Origin: Candidatus Magasanikbacteria bacterium UBA922
GTDB taxonomy: Bacteria; Patescibacteriota; Patescibacteriia; Magasanikbacterales; UBA922
DNA length: 64,000 bases
Reading direction: 5' to 3'
Assembly: GCA_002293825.1 (NCBI GenBank)
Contig: DBDW01000002.1
Span: 18,059 to 82,058, forward strand
Shown: positions 41,213 to 50,505 of the stretch, one piece after another
Numbering within the stretch: position 1 is the stretch's first letter
Layout of the letters: every line of letters starts with the position of its first letter
Translations under genes and position numbers: made by a program
The notes under the pieces: model-generated
Database searches by the model: none
Seen by the model: only the letters and a program-made list of their open reading frames with translations
What the model was told of the DNA's origin: nothing

Positions 41213-42271
41213 TTACTGCAACCATTGTCGCAATTCCTTCCAGGAAATTTTTCGCATCGCACGAACCTCTTTTCTTCGTTTTCGGTATAGTGACCTATTG
41301 CGCCACAGGACAGAAAATCCCGTAAGAACAGTGCGATCAAAAAGTGTAAAATAAGCCAATTTCTTTAACTCATACCATATAATCCACGGAAAATCAAGTA
41401 TGAAATTTTGCCAATACTCATTCTTATATATGGTAGCAAGATGATTTTTGTAACTATGAAATCGCACCCATTCAGACTGTTTCTTCTTATTCTGAACTGA
41501 AAAACGATCCCCCGCAAACTCGAACCCAGTAGCAGTACGATCATGATACGCAACTGAATTCAAAAGTACGTATGAATTGAATCCTGCAATCCGCAATCGG
41601 TACGCCAGATCAACATCTTCTTTATACGACTGGTATGATCCATCAAAAAATGTATTATCCGAAAATTGAACAGTTTCAAGTGCACTCCGTCGATACATAG
41701 GAAGTGCCCCTGATACACCAAAAACCTCTACAGCAGTATCCTGCACACGAAACGATAGCCCTACTTTCTTTTTTTTTTCTTCCCATATGTACCCAGCATA
41801 TTTATCAACCACGCGCCTATTGCGAAACACACGAAGACCAAGTGCGTCGACCATATCAGTAAAACTCGCTTCAAGTCCATACTCAATATCTGCAAAATTC
41901 CATCGCATCAATCGCGGACTTACCGAACCAACTTTCTCATGAGTATCCAAAAATTTAACCATTGTCTCAATACTATCAGGCATAAGATACATATCCTGAT
42001 TCAACAAGAGAACATACGGAGATCGTTCGATGTTATAGACCTCATTATGACCGCCAACAAATCCCACATTTTGTTCATTTTTCACAAGCGTATGAGTAAA
42101 TGATACACTCATCAGCTCCTTTTCGATCGCATCAGGAGTCCCATCAGTAGATCCATTATCAAATACATACAAATGAACATCTTGATACGTCTGTTTTCGA
42201 AGCGACTCAAAAAGATACGGAATATACTTTTTTCCGTTCCATGTCACAAGTTGTATAACTACGTTTGACAC
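41213..42271 (-). CDS. Glycosyltransferase family 2
   Basis: DNGSTDGT, NVGFVGGHN, LNQD, YKEDVDLAYR. Confidence 0.92.
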   Translation of the reverse strand: MSNVVIQLVTWNGKKYIPYLFESLRKQTYQDVHLYVFDNGSTDGTPDAIEKELMSVSFTHTLVKNEQNVGFVGGHNEVYNIERSPYVLLLNQDMYLMPDSIETMVKFLDTHEKVGSVSPRLMRWNFADIEYGLEASFTDMVDALGLRVFRNRRVVDKYAGYIWEEKKKKVGLSFRVQDTAVEVFGVSGALPMYRRSALETVQFSDNTFFDGSYQSYKEDVDLAYRLRIAGFNSYVLLNSVAYHDRTATGFEFAGDRFSVQNKKKQSEWVRFHSYKNHLATIYKNEYWQNFILDFPWIIWYELKKLAYFTLFDRTVLTGFSVLWRNRSLYRKRRKEVRAMRKISWKELRQWLQ

Positions 42272-42283
42272 AATAATAATTAA

Positions 42284-42309
42284 AATTTCTAATTTCTAAT
42301 TTCTAATTT
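42284..42309. repeat. Heptamer tandem repeat (AATTTCT)x3.7
   Basis: AATTTCT AATTTCT AATTTCT AATTT spanning the stop codon of the upstream GT2 gene. Confidence 0.7.
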
Positions 42310-43158
42310 TGCATGTATCCTCTCCCCCGTCCACACAAGTCCAATTCCCACTGGTCGAAATAATGCAATCCATATCCATTTCCACCATGGTTCCCATTTC
42401 TTGAAGTAAATCAGCATGGACCCAGTAAACTGTCTCTGTTTCCATACTGTCGTACGTTTCTTGAAGCTCTGTCCGACATAATCAATCGCAGTAATAATAG
42501 GGGTATGCACTACTCGATACCCAAGTCGTTTCGCCTCGCGACAAATATCAACATCTTCATACCAAATAAAATACCGAGGATCCCACGCCCATCCCAGTTT
42601 TTCCACAAAATCTCTTCGCATAAGCATAAAAGAGCCTCGTACCGAATCTACGTCTTGCTCTATATCAAAATTAAACCCTTTCAGATGATACCGATCAAGT
42701 ATATGTGGAAACAAATGTGGTAGTTTGAGAATCAATGCAACCTGTTCCCACACTCTCGGGAATCTTCGTGGCGAAGCATTTTCATTGATAAAACCGTGTT
42801 CATCAACCAATTTTGGACTTGCAATTCCTACGTTTGAATTTCGATTCATCCAGTCGACCATGATATCAAGAGACCGAGGAGAAAGCTGCATATCCGGATT
42901 GAGAAATAGCAGATACTCCCCTTCCGAAATTGCAACCGCCTGATTATTGGCAGCACCAAATCCTTTATTTTCGATATTTGCAATTATGCGGACATCCGGA
43001 AACATCTCTCGAATAGCTTCGACCGTACCATCACTCGACGCATTGTCGACAATGATCTGCTCAATACGAATATCCTGTGCAGCATACCTAACTGACTCTA
43101 TCTGTTTCAAAATAAATTCTTTGCTGTTCCAGGTTACGGTGATGACCGATACATGCAT
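42289..43158 (-). CDS. Glycosyltransferase family 2 (WbbL-like)
   Basis: VDNASSDGT, NKGFGAANN, LNPD, YFIWYEDVDIC. Confidence 0.92.
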   Translation of the reverse strand: MHVSVITVTWNSKEFILKQIESVRYAAQDIRIEQIIVDNASSDGTVEAIREMFPDVRIIANIENKGFGAANNQAVAISEGEYLLFLNPDMQLSPRSLDIMVDWMNRNSNVGIASPKLVDEHGFINENASPRRFPRVWEQVALILKLPHLFPHILDRYHLKGFNFDIEQDVDSVRGSFMLMRRDFVEKLGWAWDPRYFIWYEDVDICREAKRLGYRVVHTPIITAIDYVGQSFKKRTTVWKQRQFTGSMLIYFKKWEPWWKWIWIALFRPVGIGLVWTGERIHAKLEIRN

Positions 43159-43171
43159 ACGATCTTTCTCA

Positions 43172-44236
43172 TTACTTACCCATTTCCTTCTTAAAATAAT
43201 CAACAAACGGAATAGCGGTCGGATCAATCTTTTTGAGAAGCGCCGAATAATAGCTCACATAGCTGAAAAATACGAGACATTCGATCGCCTGGAACAACAC
43301 ATCGTTCTCTTTCGGAACAAATGTTTTATGCATAATTGAATTTTTCTGCAACACTTTCTTCGTTATGGCATATCGCTTTTGCGCGCGATCATGATACAAA
43401 CCTGATTCAATCATGACAAACAATACATTTTTAACATTCGATTTCGGGTAGAGCATTCCTTCCATAAGATGATGATTGAGTTCAGGTAGTGCAAAATACC
43501 CACCAAATCGCTTACCATTTTCATTCATTTGATTAGCAGCAACATGTGCATTCCCAAGCAAATGTTCACTTGCAACATACCAAACACTTCGATCAATTGT
43601 TTTTCGTGCCAATTGTTTTGCTGGATTTTCCAATTCAGGAGTCATAACTCCATACATCGTGTCATAGAGCGCGATCGCCTTAATTATTTCTTTAATCTGT
43701 TTTGATGAAATCTTGAATACACCGAGTTTTGAAAACAATATCAATTGTCCGACGATAGAATACCCGAGTCCCATCCGAGGCGATCCACAGGGATTATTCT
43801 CAGTGGTAAAAATCAATGCTGGATAGCCGTATTTCTGTGCGAATTCAGCAAGTGTGCCACCTGCACAAATGACTGCAATTTTCGCTTTCTTCTCTCGAGC
43901 TTTCTCGACGCAGGATACCACCTCTTCAGTCGTGCCCGAATAACTAGAACCAATAACCAAGGTCTTGGCATTCACATATCCTGGGAGATCGTATCCGTTC
44001 ACGATTTCAAGCGGATACTTAAGTTGTCGGTGATATAATGATTTGATGACATGCGTCCCGATCGAGGATCCGCCCATACCACACACCACGATCCGTTCAA
44101 TCTTCTTATAAGAAGATGGGGTACGCAGTTTTTCAGCGACCAAGGCGACTTCTTCAACTTGCTTGTACAACAACTGAAGACTTCCGAGCATATTATCCGA
44201 ATCATTTTTTTTGATAGTAATAAGAGAATCCAACAT
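43172..44236 (-). CDS. Bifunctional phosphoglucose/phosphomannose isomerase (SIS domain)
   Basis: GMGGSSIG, SSYSGTTEE, PRMGLGY, QMNENGK, PELNHH. Confidence 0.92.
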   Translation of the reverse strand: MLDSLITIKKNDSDNMLGSLQLLYKQVEEVALVAEKLRTPSSYKKIERIVVCGMGGSSIGTHVIKSLYHRQLKYPLEIVNGYDLPGYVNAKTLVIGSSYSGTTEEVVSCVEKAREKKAKIAVICAGGTLAEFAQKYGYPALIFTTENNPCGSPRMGLGYSIVGQLILFSKLGVFKISSKQIKEIIKAIALYDTMYGVMTPELENPAKQLARKTIDRSVWYVASEHLLGNAHVAANQMNENGKRFGGYFALPELNHHLMEGMLYPKSNVKNVLFVMIESGLYHDRAQKRYAITKKVLQKNSIMHKTFVPKENDVLFQAIECLVFFSYVSYYSALLKKIDPTAIPFVDYFKKEMGK

Positions 44237-44261
44237 ACAAATAGATTAAATACATACATGA

Positions 44262-44324
44262 ATCGTAGCAAATACCAGAGCATTTGTAAAACAAAAAAGC
44301 CCTTAAACTAAAGGCTTTTTTGAA
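44262..44324 (-). repeat. Copy 1 of a duplicated terminator+promoter unit
   Basis: Hairpin AAAAAAGCCCTT-AAACT-AAAGGCTTTTTT next to minus-strand TTTACA-17-TACGAT upstream of pgi/pmi; similar to 45115-45176. Confidence 0.75.
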
Positions 44325-44326
44325 AC

Positions 44327-44352
44327 TGCCCCACCGTACGACTGGTGGGGCA
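44327..44352 (-). terminator. GC-rich hairpin after the inserted Nudix gene
   Basis: TGCCCCACC-GTACGACT-GGTGGGGCA. Confidence 0.65.
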
Positions 44353-44388
44353 CCTACACTGCGATAGATGTAGTAAACATCCTCGTTT

Positions 44389-45039
44389 TTACCGAGAAAG
44401 AGTACCAAACATACCACGCAGACCGAGGTACACGCACGCGGAATGCACATACCCATCATCGATCTCTCCAGCGAGGATCATGGTATGAACCTCTTCGGGT
44501 GAGAAAAACTCGGCATGCCGAATTCCCTCGTGCTCGTTGTTCTCGTGCTCCACGCGGCAGCCCGCTTTCGCGAGATAGAGCGGGATTGGACGTGGAATAT
44601 ACGAGGAATTACCGTGATAGTAACCGAGAAGATCGGGAGATGTGAGGACACATCCCAACTCCTCACTGCCTTCACGGATCGCCGTCTGATCAAGAGTTTC
44701 ACCCGGATCAGCAAGACCGCGCGGCAATTCCCACCGCCAGCGACCGAGCTCACTCAGACTGACGCGCCTCGGCGACACCCGCATCTCGGTAACCGGACGC
44801 CAGATGTGCACAAGTCCGAGATGTCCCCGATCGTCGAGAGCAGCGACTGCAGCAGCCGGAGGATTGTCGACGATCCAGAGATCGTAGAGACTCTTCCCGT
44901 CTTCCTGCGCCACTGCCCGTACAATCCGGGCAAACCCGTCTTGACTGAGCACAACATCGCTTTCCGATGAAGCAATCCACTTGGGACGAAAACCCTCTGC
45001 AAGTGCTTGTGACAAAGGAACAAAAGAATATCTACCCAT
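44389..45039 (-). CDS. Nudix hydrolase, GC-rich, probably acquired
   Basis: WELPRGLADPGETLDQTAIREGSEELG; visibly higher GC than its flanks; start placed at ATG 45039. Confidence 0.85.
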   Translation of the reverse strand: MGRYSFVPLSQALAEGFRPKWIASSESDVVLSQDGFARIVRAVAQEDGKSLYDLWIVDNPPAAAVAALDDRGHLGLVHIWRPVTEMRVSPRRVSLSELGRWRWELPRGLADPGETLDQTAIREGSEELGCVLTSPDLLGYYHGNSSYIPRPIPLYLAKAGCRVEHENNEHEGIRHAEFFSPEEVHTMILAGEIDDGYVHSACVYLGLRGMFGTLSR

Positions 45040-45114
45040 TGTAATCCCCTTTTCTTTTTTGCACACCGCGGGCAAAGAACCAAGCCTGTCTCCGAAATGT
45101 TCAGAGAGCACCTA

Positions 45115-45176
45115 AACCTAGCACATACATATGTTTTTGTCAAAACAAAAAGCCCTTACACTAAAGGCTTTTTGAA
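45115..45176 (-). repeat. Copy 2 of a duplicated terminator+promoter unit
   Basis: Hairpin AAAAAGCCCTT-ACACT-AAAGGCTTTTT next to minus-strand TTGACA-17-TAGGTT. Confidence 0.75.
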
Positions 45177-45192
45177 CAGTCACATTGTTGAG

Positions 45193-46041
45193 TTATACCG
45201 TATTATTTTTTACTTTCGCATACTTCTCCATCGTATCTCTAAGTGCTATTTTTATGTCTCTCATCTCAATTCCTATTTCCTGAAGACGCGTAGATCGCAT
45301 AAAATTGTTTGAACGTTTTTTCTTTGCCAATCCTTGTAATACCAAATCTTCTTCGCTAATCCACTCATTATGATGACTTGGATCAACAAGTTCCGTATAC
45401 AGTGAAATAATTTCTTTATGACGAATTGTACCAGGATTGGTGCAATGAAAAATTCCCACACCTTTTTTCTGCATGAGTTGATAGCACGCACTGAGTAAAT
45501 CAGAAACCACCGTGACACTATTCTCCACATCTACAACCTTTGGATACGTAGTTATCTTATCAATCAAATTCGCAGGACAAGGACGATCATCAATGGGCAT
45601 ACGTAATCGAGCAATTCCAACATTTGGTAATGTAGAAAGCACTAAATCAGCAGCATATTTACTCTTACTGTAGACTGCCACAGGATTGCCATAGTCCGCT
45701 TCTGTCCACACCCCATCTTCATGAGGTGAGCGCCCATAAAAGATACACCCTGTTGCCAAATGAAGCAGATATATCCCTGCCTCCTGAGCAGCTTGTGCGA
45801 TTTGGATAGGTAGTACGGTATTACCAAAAATAGTTTCAAGCTGATGTGTTTCACACCAATCAACATTGGGTTTTCCAGTAACACCGGCAGCATTAAATAT
45901 GGAATCTGGACGATATTCACGTATAAGTGTTCGCACATCTTCAATGCTCTCAATACGAGTCGTAGAGAGTATTGCATCATCCCCCCACACTTCTTTCGCA
46001 CGAGAACCAATATATCCATTTCCAAGAATAAGAATCCTCAT
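45193..46041 (-). CDS. NRS/ER (UER1)-type bifunctional NDP-4-keto-6-deoxyglucose 3,5-epimerase/4-reductase
   Basis: GNGYIG, AAGVTGKPNVDWCETH, TGCIFY, YSKSK, RLRMPI, NSVT, HCTNPG. Confidence 0.85.
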   Translation of the reverse strand: MRILILGNGYIGSRAKEVWGDDAILSTTRIESIEDVRTLIREYRPDSIFNAAGVTGKPNVDWCETHQLETIFGNTVLPIQIAQAAQEAGIYLLHLATGCIFYGRSPHEDGVWTEADYGNPVAVYSKSKYAADLVLSTLPNVGIARLRMPIDDRPCPANLIDKITTYPKVVDVENSVTVVSDLLSACYQLMQKKGVGIFHCTNPGTIRHKEIISLYTELVDPSHHNEWISEEDLVLQGLAKKKRSNNFMRSTRLQEIGIEMRDIKIALRDTMEKYAKVKNNTV

Positions 46042-46050
46042 AAAAAATAA

Positions 46051-47055
46051 TTAACGAATTACATACTGTTTTTCATAATACTCTTGATACGTACCACTCC
46101 TAGAACGCTCTACCCATTCCTGATTATCGAGATACCACTGCACCATTTTTTTCAGACCTTCTTCAAACTTGATTTGTGGTTCCCATCCTAACTCATTTTT
46201 TGCTTTAGTAAAATCAATCGCATATCGACGATCGTGCCCTGGACGATCTTTCACATATTCAATATATGACTCGTCTTTGTGCATGTATTGTAATAATAAT
46301 TTTACCACATCAATATTCGCCATCTCACAATTTCCTCCAAGACAATACGTTTCTCCAATCGTCCCATTATTCACAATAAATTCAACACCACGAGAATGAT
46401 CATCCACGTGAATCCAATCACGTACATAGAGTCCGTCTCCGTACACCGGTACTTTTTTATCCTCCATCAGATTCGAAATACATAATGGTATAAACTTTTC
46501 CGGAAACATATATGGACCATAATTATTCGAACAATTCGAAATGGTCATCTGAATTCCAAACGTGTGATAATACGCACGTACCATATGATCCGAAGCAGCT
46601 TTCGATGCAGAATACGGACTTCGAGGATCATATGGCGTATGTTCCGTAAAAGGAGCATCACCAAATTTCAAAGCACCAAACACCTCGTCAGTAGAAATAT
46701 GATGAAAACGTTTTTGATATTCTTTTACTGCATCAAGAATATGTTGTGTCCCAATAACATTTGTTTTGATAAAAACATTAGGATCCATAATCGATCGATC
46801 CACATGGGTCTCTGCTGCAAAATGTACCACCACATCCACATCCTTAACTATCTCAAATACCATATCTCGATCACACACATCTCCTTTTACAAATGTATAT
46901 CGAGAATCATGCATAACATCTATAAGATTCTCCAAATTTCCAGCATACGTAAGCACATCAAAATTGACGATTGAATCGTTCGGATGCTTCAAAAGCCAAT
47001 AACGGATAAAATTTGAACCAATAAATCCAGCACCTCCGGTTACCATTAATTTCAT
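46051..47055 (-). CDS. rmlB: dTDP-glucose 4,6-dehydratase
   Basis: TGGAGFIGSNF, HFAAETHVDRSI, STDEVFG, PYSASKA, DRPGHDRRY. Confidence 0.97.
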   Translation of the reverse strand: MKLMVTGGAGFIGSNFIRYWLLKHPNDSIVNFDVLTYAGNLENLIDVMHDSRYTFVKGDVCDRDMVFEIVKDVDVVVHFAAETHVDRSIMDPNVFIKTNVIGTQHILDAVKEYQKRFHHISTDEVFGALKFGDAPFTEHTPYDPRSPYSASKAASDHMVRAYYHTFGIQMTISNCSNNYGPYMFPEKFIPLCISNLMEDKKVPVYGDGLYVRDWIHVDDHSRGVEFIVNNGTIGETYCLGGNCEMANIDVVKLLLQYMHKDESYIEYVKDRPGHDRRYAIDFTKAKNELGWEPQIKFEEGLKKMVQWYLDNQEWVERSRSGTYQEYYEKQYVIR

Positions 47056-47101
47056 AAATATATCGTTAACATTAAAAACTTGAAATGCTTCAAAACATTA
47101 A

Positions 47102-47635
47102 TTACACATAATACCGCACCAATGCCCATGTAGCAAGTGTTTGTCCATCCCAAATTTCGTTATTGCGGATCAAATGATCGATTTCATCTGGTCGACGAAG
47201 TAATACTTCAATAAACTCAGTATCATCGCCAGAAATATCGGTAACTTTTGATAATCCTTTTGCCAAAAATACATGTGTGGTGTCGACAAACAAACCATTG
47301 TGTGGTTCAAAAATAGAGAGATTAATCATTTCTTCTGCAATATATCCAGTCTCCTCTCGTAATTCACGAGCTGCCACGAGAGAAGGTGCCTCGAATTTCT
47401 GAATCCCTCCACCAGGAAATTCAATGCTATATTTATCTATCAAATATCGATACTGTCTTACTAACACGAGTCGTCCATCTGGCAATATCGGCACCACAAT
47501 CGACATGCCATTCGTTCTTCCATAATAATAATGCCCTTGTTTACCATCAGCAAACTCAAACACATCATGGATGTAATTCCACCACGGATTCTCATGGACA
47601 ATCTCTTCTGAAACTTTTTTCAATGGAGAGGACAT
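47102..47635 (-). CDS. Nudix hydrolase (ADP-ribose pyrophosphatase-like)
   Basis: LVRQYRY, EFPGGG, AARELREETG. Confidence 0.92.
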   Translation of the reverse strand: MSSPLKKVSEEIVHENPWWNYIHDVFEFADGKQGHYYYGRTNGMSIVVPILPDGRLVLVRQYRYLIDKYSIEFPGGGIQKFEAPSLVAARELREETGYIAEEMINLSIFEPHNGLFVDTTHVFLAKGLSKVTDISGDDTEFIEVLLRRPDEIDHLIRNNEIWDGQTLATWALVRYYV

Positions 47636-47654
47636 ACCAATATATGTATTTCTT

Positions 47655-48053
47655 TTAAAATAATTGTGCAATTTCTCTCACATCTCTCATGTTTTCTGTA
47701 CTCACGACCGAATGCATACTACCTCCCCCATCCCCTTTCCATCGAGGAAGAATATGGAAATGAAGATGTGGCACAGCCTGCCCCGCAACCTCACCATGAT
47801 TGAGCCCAATTGTAAATCCATCTGGTTTCAAAATATCCGACACCTTCATCGAAGCGTTTCGCACACCCTGCATCACCACACCCACTTCATCAGATGTAAA
47901 ATCAAAAATAGTTGCTCCATGTTTTTTTGGAATCACCACAGTGTGTCCCTCGACCTTTGGAAATATATCTAAAAATGCAATCACCTGTGAATCCTCATAC
48001 ACGGTGTAATGAAGGATCTCTCCTGCAACAATCTTACAAAAAATACAAGCCAT
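47655..48053 (-). CDS. HIT-family nucleotide hydrolase
   Basis: CIFCKIV, GHTVVIPKKH, AGQAVPHLHFHILPR. Confidence 0.95.
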   Translation of the reverse strand: MACIFCKIVAGEILHYTVYEDSQVIAFLDIFPKVEGHTVVIPKKHGATIFDFTSDEVGVVMQGVRNASMKVSDILKPDGFTIGLNHGEVAGQAVPHLHFHILPRWKGDGGGSMHSVVSTENMRDVREIAQLF

Positions 48054-48070
48054 AGGGAAAAATTAAAGAA

Positions 48071-48132
48071 GGGTCGGGAAAAGGATTAATAAACGACGGC
48101 GGTCGCTATTAAACAGCATCTCAAACCGACCC
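48071..48132. other. Intergenic nested stem-loop upstream of the HIT gene
   Basis: GGGTCGG...CCGACCC outer stem; TTAATA/TATTAA and CGAC/GTCG inner stems. Confidence 0.5.
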
Positions 48133-48155
48133 ATATTCAGACTACTCTATTTGCA

Positions 48156-49847
48156 TTATTTTTTCAAACTCACCTCTCTCAGCTCAAGGTTATCCCATCC
48201 AACACGAACTACACCCAGCACAAGCTCTTCACGATCTAACACTTGCTCAACAACATCTCTCTCTTCACCACCTAATTTTAGGTCATACCACCAGACAGGC
48301 ACACCGCTCTCCAATAGGTTTTTTACAGCACGAGCCCATACTTCTTCTTCGGTCCTGATTAACACCTTTCTTCCAGGAAATACATACTTGTCACCAAAAC
48401 GAGTAAGTACAACACTATGCATCGGAACGTGTGTGTAAATCTCTCGCTGCTTCTCTTGATTTTCAATCAACGTATTTCTGACCGTAGAAAGACCTTCGGG
48501 AAGAGACAAAAAAACATCACGATACGAAAAAAACAATAGTATTGAAAATAGTACAGTAGTCATCAATATTTGTTTTTTTATAGAAAAAACATGGAGTAAA
48601 CGGTCAAAACAGTATGCAAGTGGAACAATCATACCTACATAAACCGGCATAAAATAACGTGTCTGCGAGCTACCTATGGAAGGTATTCCTAGAAGATTAT
48701 CAGTAAAATTCCACGAACCATACCAGCAGACAAGATATACACTGACCGCACCATACACAAAAACATAATTACGTATCACACTCTGTCCACGTAACAAAAT
48801 AAAAATACATGAAACAACAAGTAGCGCCGACCACAAATTAAATAAAAGAACAAAGTAGTGATACACCGTCTTTAAAATCGCGAAGCTATGAAAACCAAAG
48901 GGAAAGAAAAAAGCTCGAAAAAAAGAAACTCCTTGCCCGCCATCAAATATACTTCCTGCAAAACCACTTGCTACAGGCTTTACATATCCACTCGCAAAAG
49001 GACTACCATAAAACGCATCCTGTGTAACAAAAAATAATAATGCAACGAGAAACACTGTTCCACCCCCTACCACGAATTGTCGTCGGGAAACATGTGCCCT
49101 AATGAGATAAAGTAAATATGAATATAATCCAAGCACCCACAAAAGTTCAGTAGGTCGAATCGCCAGTGCACATGCGATTCCGAACGCACTAAGAAAGGTA
49201 AAACATATTTTTTTACGACTATCGTGCGATGCATCAAACATTCGTACAATCCCGTATATACTAAGAATAAGAAAAAATATAAACGGAACCACATGTTGAA
49301 ACGGACGACCGGACCAATACCACCACGACGGTATCAAAAAAAATAAAAATGAGCTAATAAACGCCATCCGAACATTCCACACTCTTCTCACAATTCCATA
49401 TAATAAAAAATTTGAAGCAATCGCGAGGAGAGGCACAAAACTAATCACCACTATATTAAAAATACTCGCACCAAAAAACGTAACTGGCAAAAACACAAAA
49501 GCAGAAATTAATACAATAAAAAATGGAAATCCAATCGGTTCGAGACGTCCATTAATGACAGTCATGCTACGCGCATGCACCTGATCAAACGCGCGATCAT
49601 TCAAAGATTCATACCACCCAAAAGAATGATTAAATACCAATTCCTTGATAAAAAAATAATTTGCCATTTCATCTGGCTGGTTAGAAATTATAGTGTGAAA
49701 ATTACGAGTATTCAGATCTCCGAATGACTCAATTGCATGCAGATACAGATACGAACAAAAAAATAGCACGGACAGTATACCTAACACATATTTCCCTTTC
49801 ATCTTTTCGAAAACACAAGACAAAGATGTAAGAACAGACATAGTCAA
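48156..49847 (-). CDS. Polytopic membrane protein, GT-C-fold glycosyltransferase-like
   Basis: Many TM segments; PDE motif in the first external loop, IRPTE, RYFMP. Confidence 0.65.
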   Translation of the reverse strand: MTMSVLTSLSCVFEKMKGKYVLGILSVLFFCSYLYLHAIESFGDLNTRNFHTIISNQPDEMANYFFIKELVFNHSFGWYESLNDRAFDQVHARSMTVINGRLEPIGFPFFIVLISAFVFLPVTFFGASIFNIVVISFVPLLAIASNFLLYGIVRRVWNVRMAFISSFLFFLIPSWWYWSGRPFQHVVPFIFFLILSIYGIVRMFDASHDSRKKICFTFLSAFGIACALAIRPTELLWVLGLYSYLLYLIRAHVSRRQFVVGGGTVFLVALLFFVTQDAFYGSPFASGYVKPVASGFAGSIFDGGQGVSFFRAFFFPFGFHSFAILKTVYHYFVLLFNLWSALLVVSCIFILLRGQSVIRNYVFVYGAVSVYLVCWYGSWNFTDNLLGIPSIGSSQTRYFMPVYVGMIVPLAYCFDRLLHVFSIKKQILMTTVLFSILLFFSYRDVFLSLPEGLSTVRNTLIENQEKQREIYTHVPMHSVVLTRFGDKYVFPGRKVLIRTEEEVWARAVKNLLESGVPVWWYDLKLGGEERDVVEQVLDREELVLGVVRVGWDNLELREVSLKK

Positions 49848-49856
49848 AAAATCTGA

Positions 49857-50480
49857 TTAAAGTCCGTGTTTAAATAAGCTTAAAACTGCAAAGCCAATCG
49901 CAACTCCGAGAATTCCACTCGCAACTAACAAAAGAATTGGCACATCTAATACAAGTGCAATCATAATCGAACACATGGCAAGTACTTGTAAAAACATCTT
50001 TATTTTCCCCCACCGATTTGCCATCCGCACCGTCTTGAATTTGATTCGTGCAATCAATGCAGATACAATAAAAATTACTTCAATACCCAATGTTGCGATA
50101 CCGAGCCACGGATTTAGTTCACGAAACACAAGTAACAGTACCAATGAACCGACCAAAAATTTATCAGCCAAAGGATCAAGTAACATTCCAAATTTGGTAA
50201 TCTTATTCTGGGTACGAGCTAGCGAACCATCAAGCGCATCGGTAAATGCCGTACACAAAAAAGCAATAATGCCAATTATATAAAAGCCATTAAGTACCAA
50301 ATAAAATACAATCGGCGTAGCACCAACACGAAACATCGTAATACGATTAGGTGTTACCCACTCAGGGAAAATCCTGAGAATAGTGCGTGCAAAAAAATGG
50401 TCGTGCGGATGCACCTCTTCTGAAGGTAGATACACAAATAAATCACCATTCTGTTCTTTGAAACGTTTGATAAATCCCAT
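49857..50480 (-). CDS. CDP-alcohol phosphatidyltransferase (PgsA-like)
   Basis: PNRITMFR, TDALDGSLAR, FGMLLDPLADK; start placed at ATG 50480. Confidence 0.9.
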   Translation of the reverse strand: MGFIKRFKEQNGDLFVYLPSEEVHPHDHFFARTILRIFPEWVTPNRITMFRVGATPIVFYLVLNGFYIIGIIAFLCTAFTDALDGSLARTQNKITKFGMLLDPLADKFLVGSLVLLLVFRELNPWLGIATLGIEVIFIVSALIARIKFKTVRMANRWGKIKMFLQVLAMCSIMIALVLDVPILLLVASGILGVAIGFAVLSLFKHGL

Positions 50481-50505
50481 AAAATTAGATAGACTGCTTA
50501 CCAGT

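Noticed and set aside
42284-42309. Heptamer repeat as a phase-variation switch
   Set aside because: It lies at the extreme 3' end of the gene, so slippage would change only the last few residues
44262-45176. CRISPR array or classical integron attC cassette
   Set aside because: Only two repeat copies about 850 bp apart, no cas or intI gene, and I could not identify attC R/L boxes
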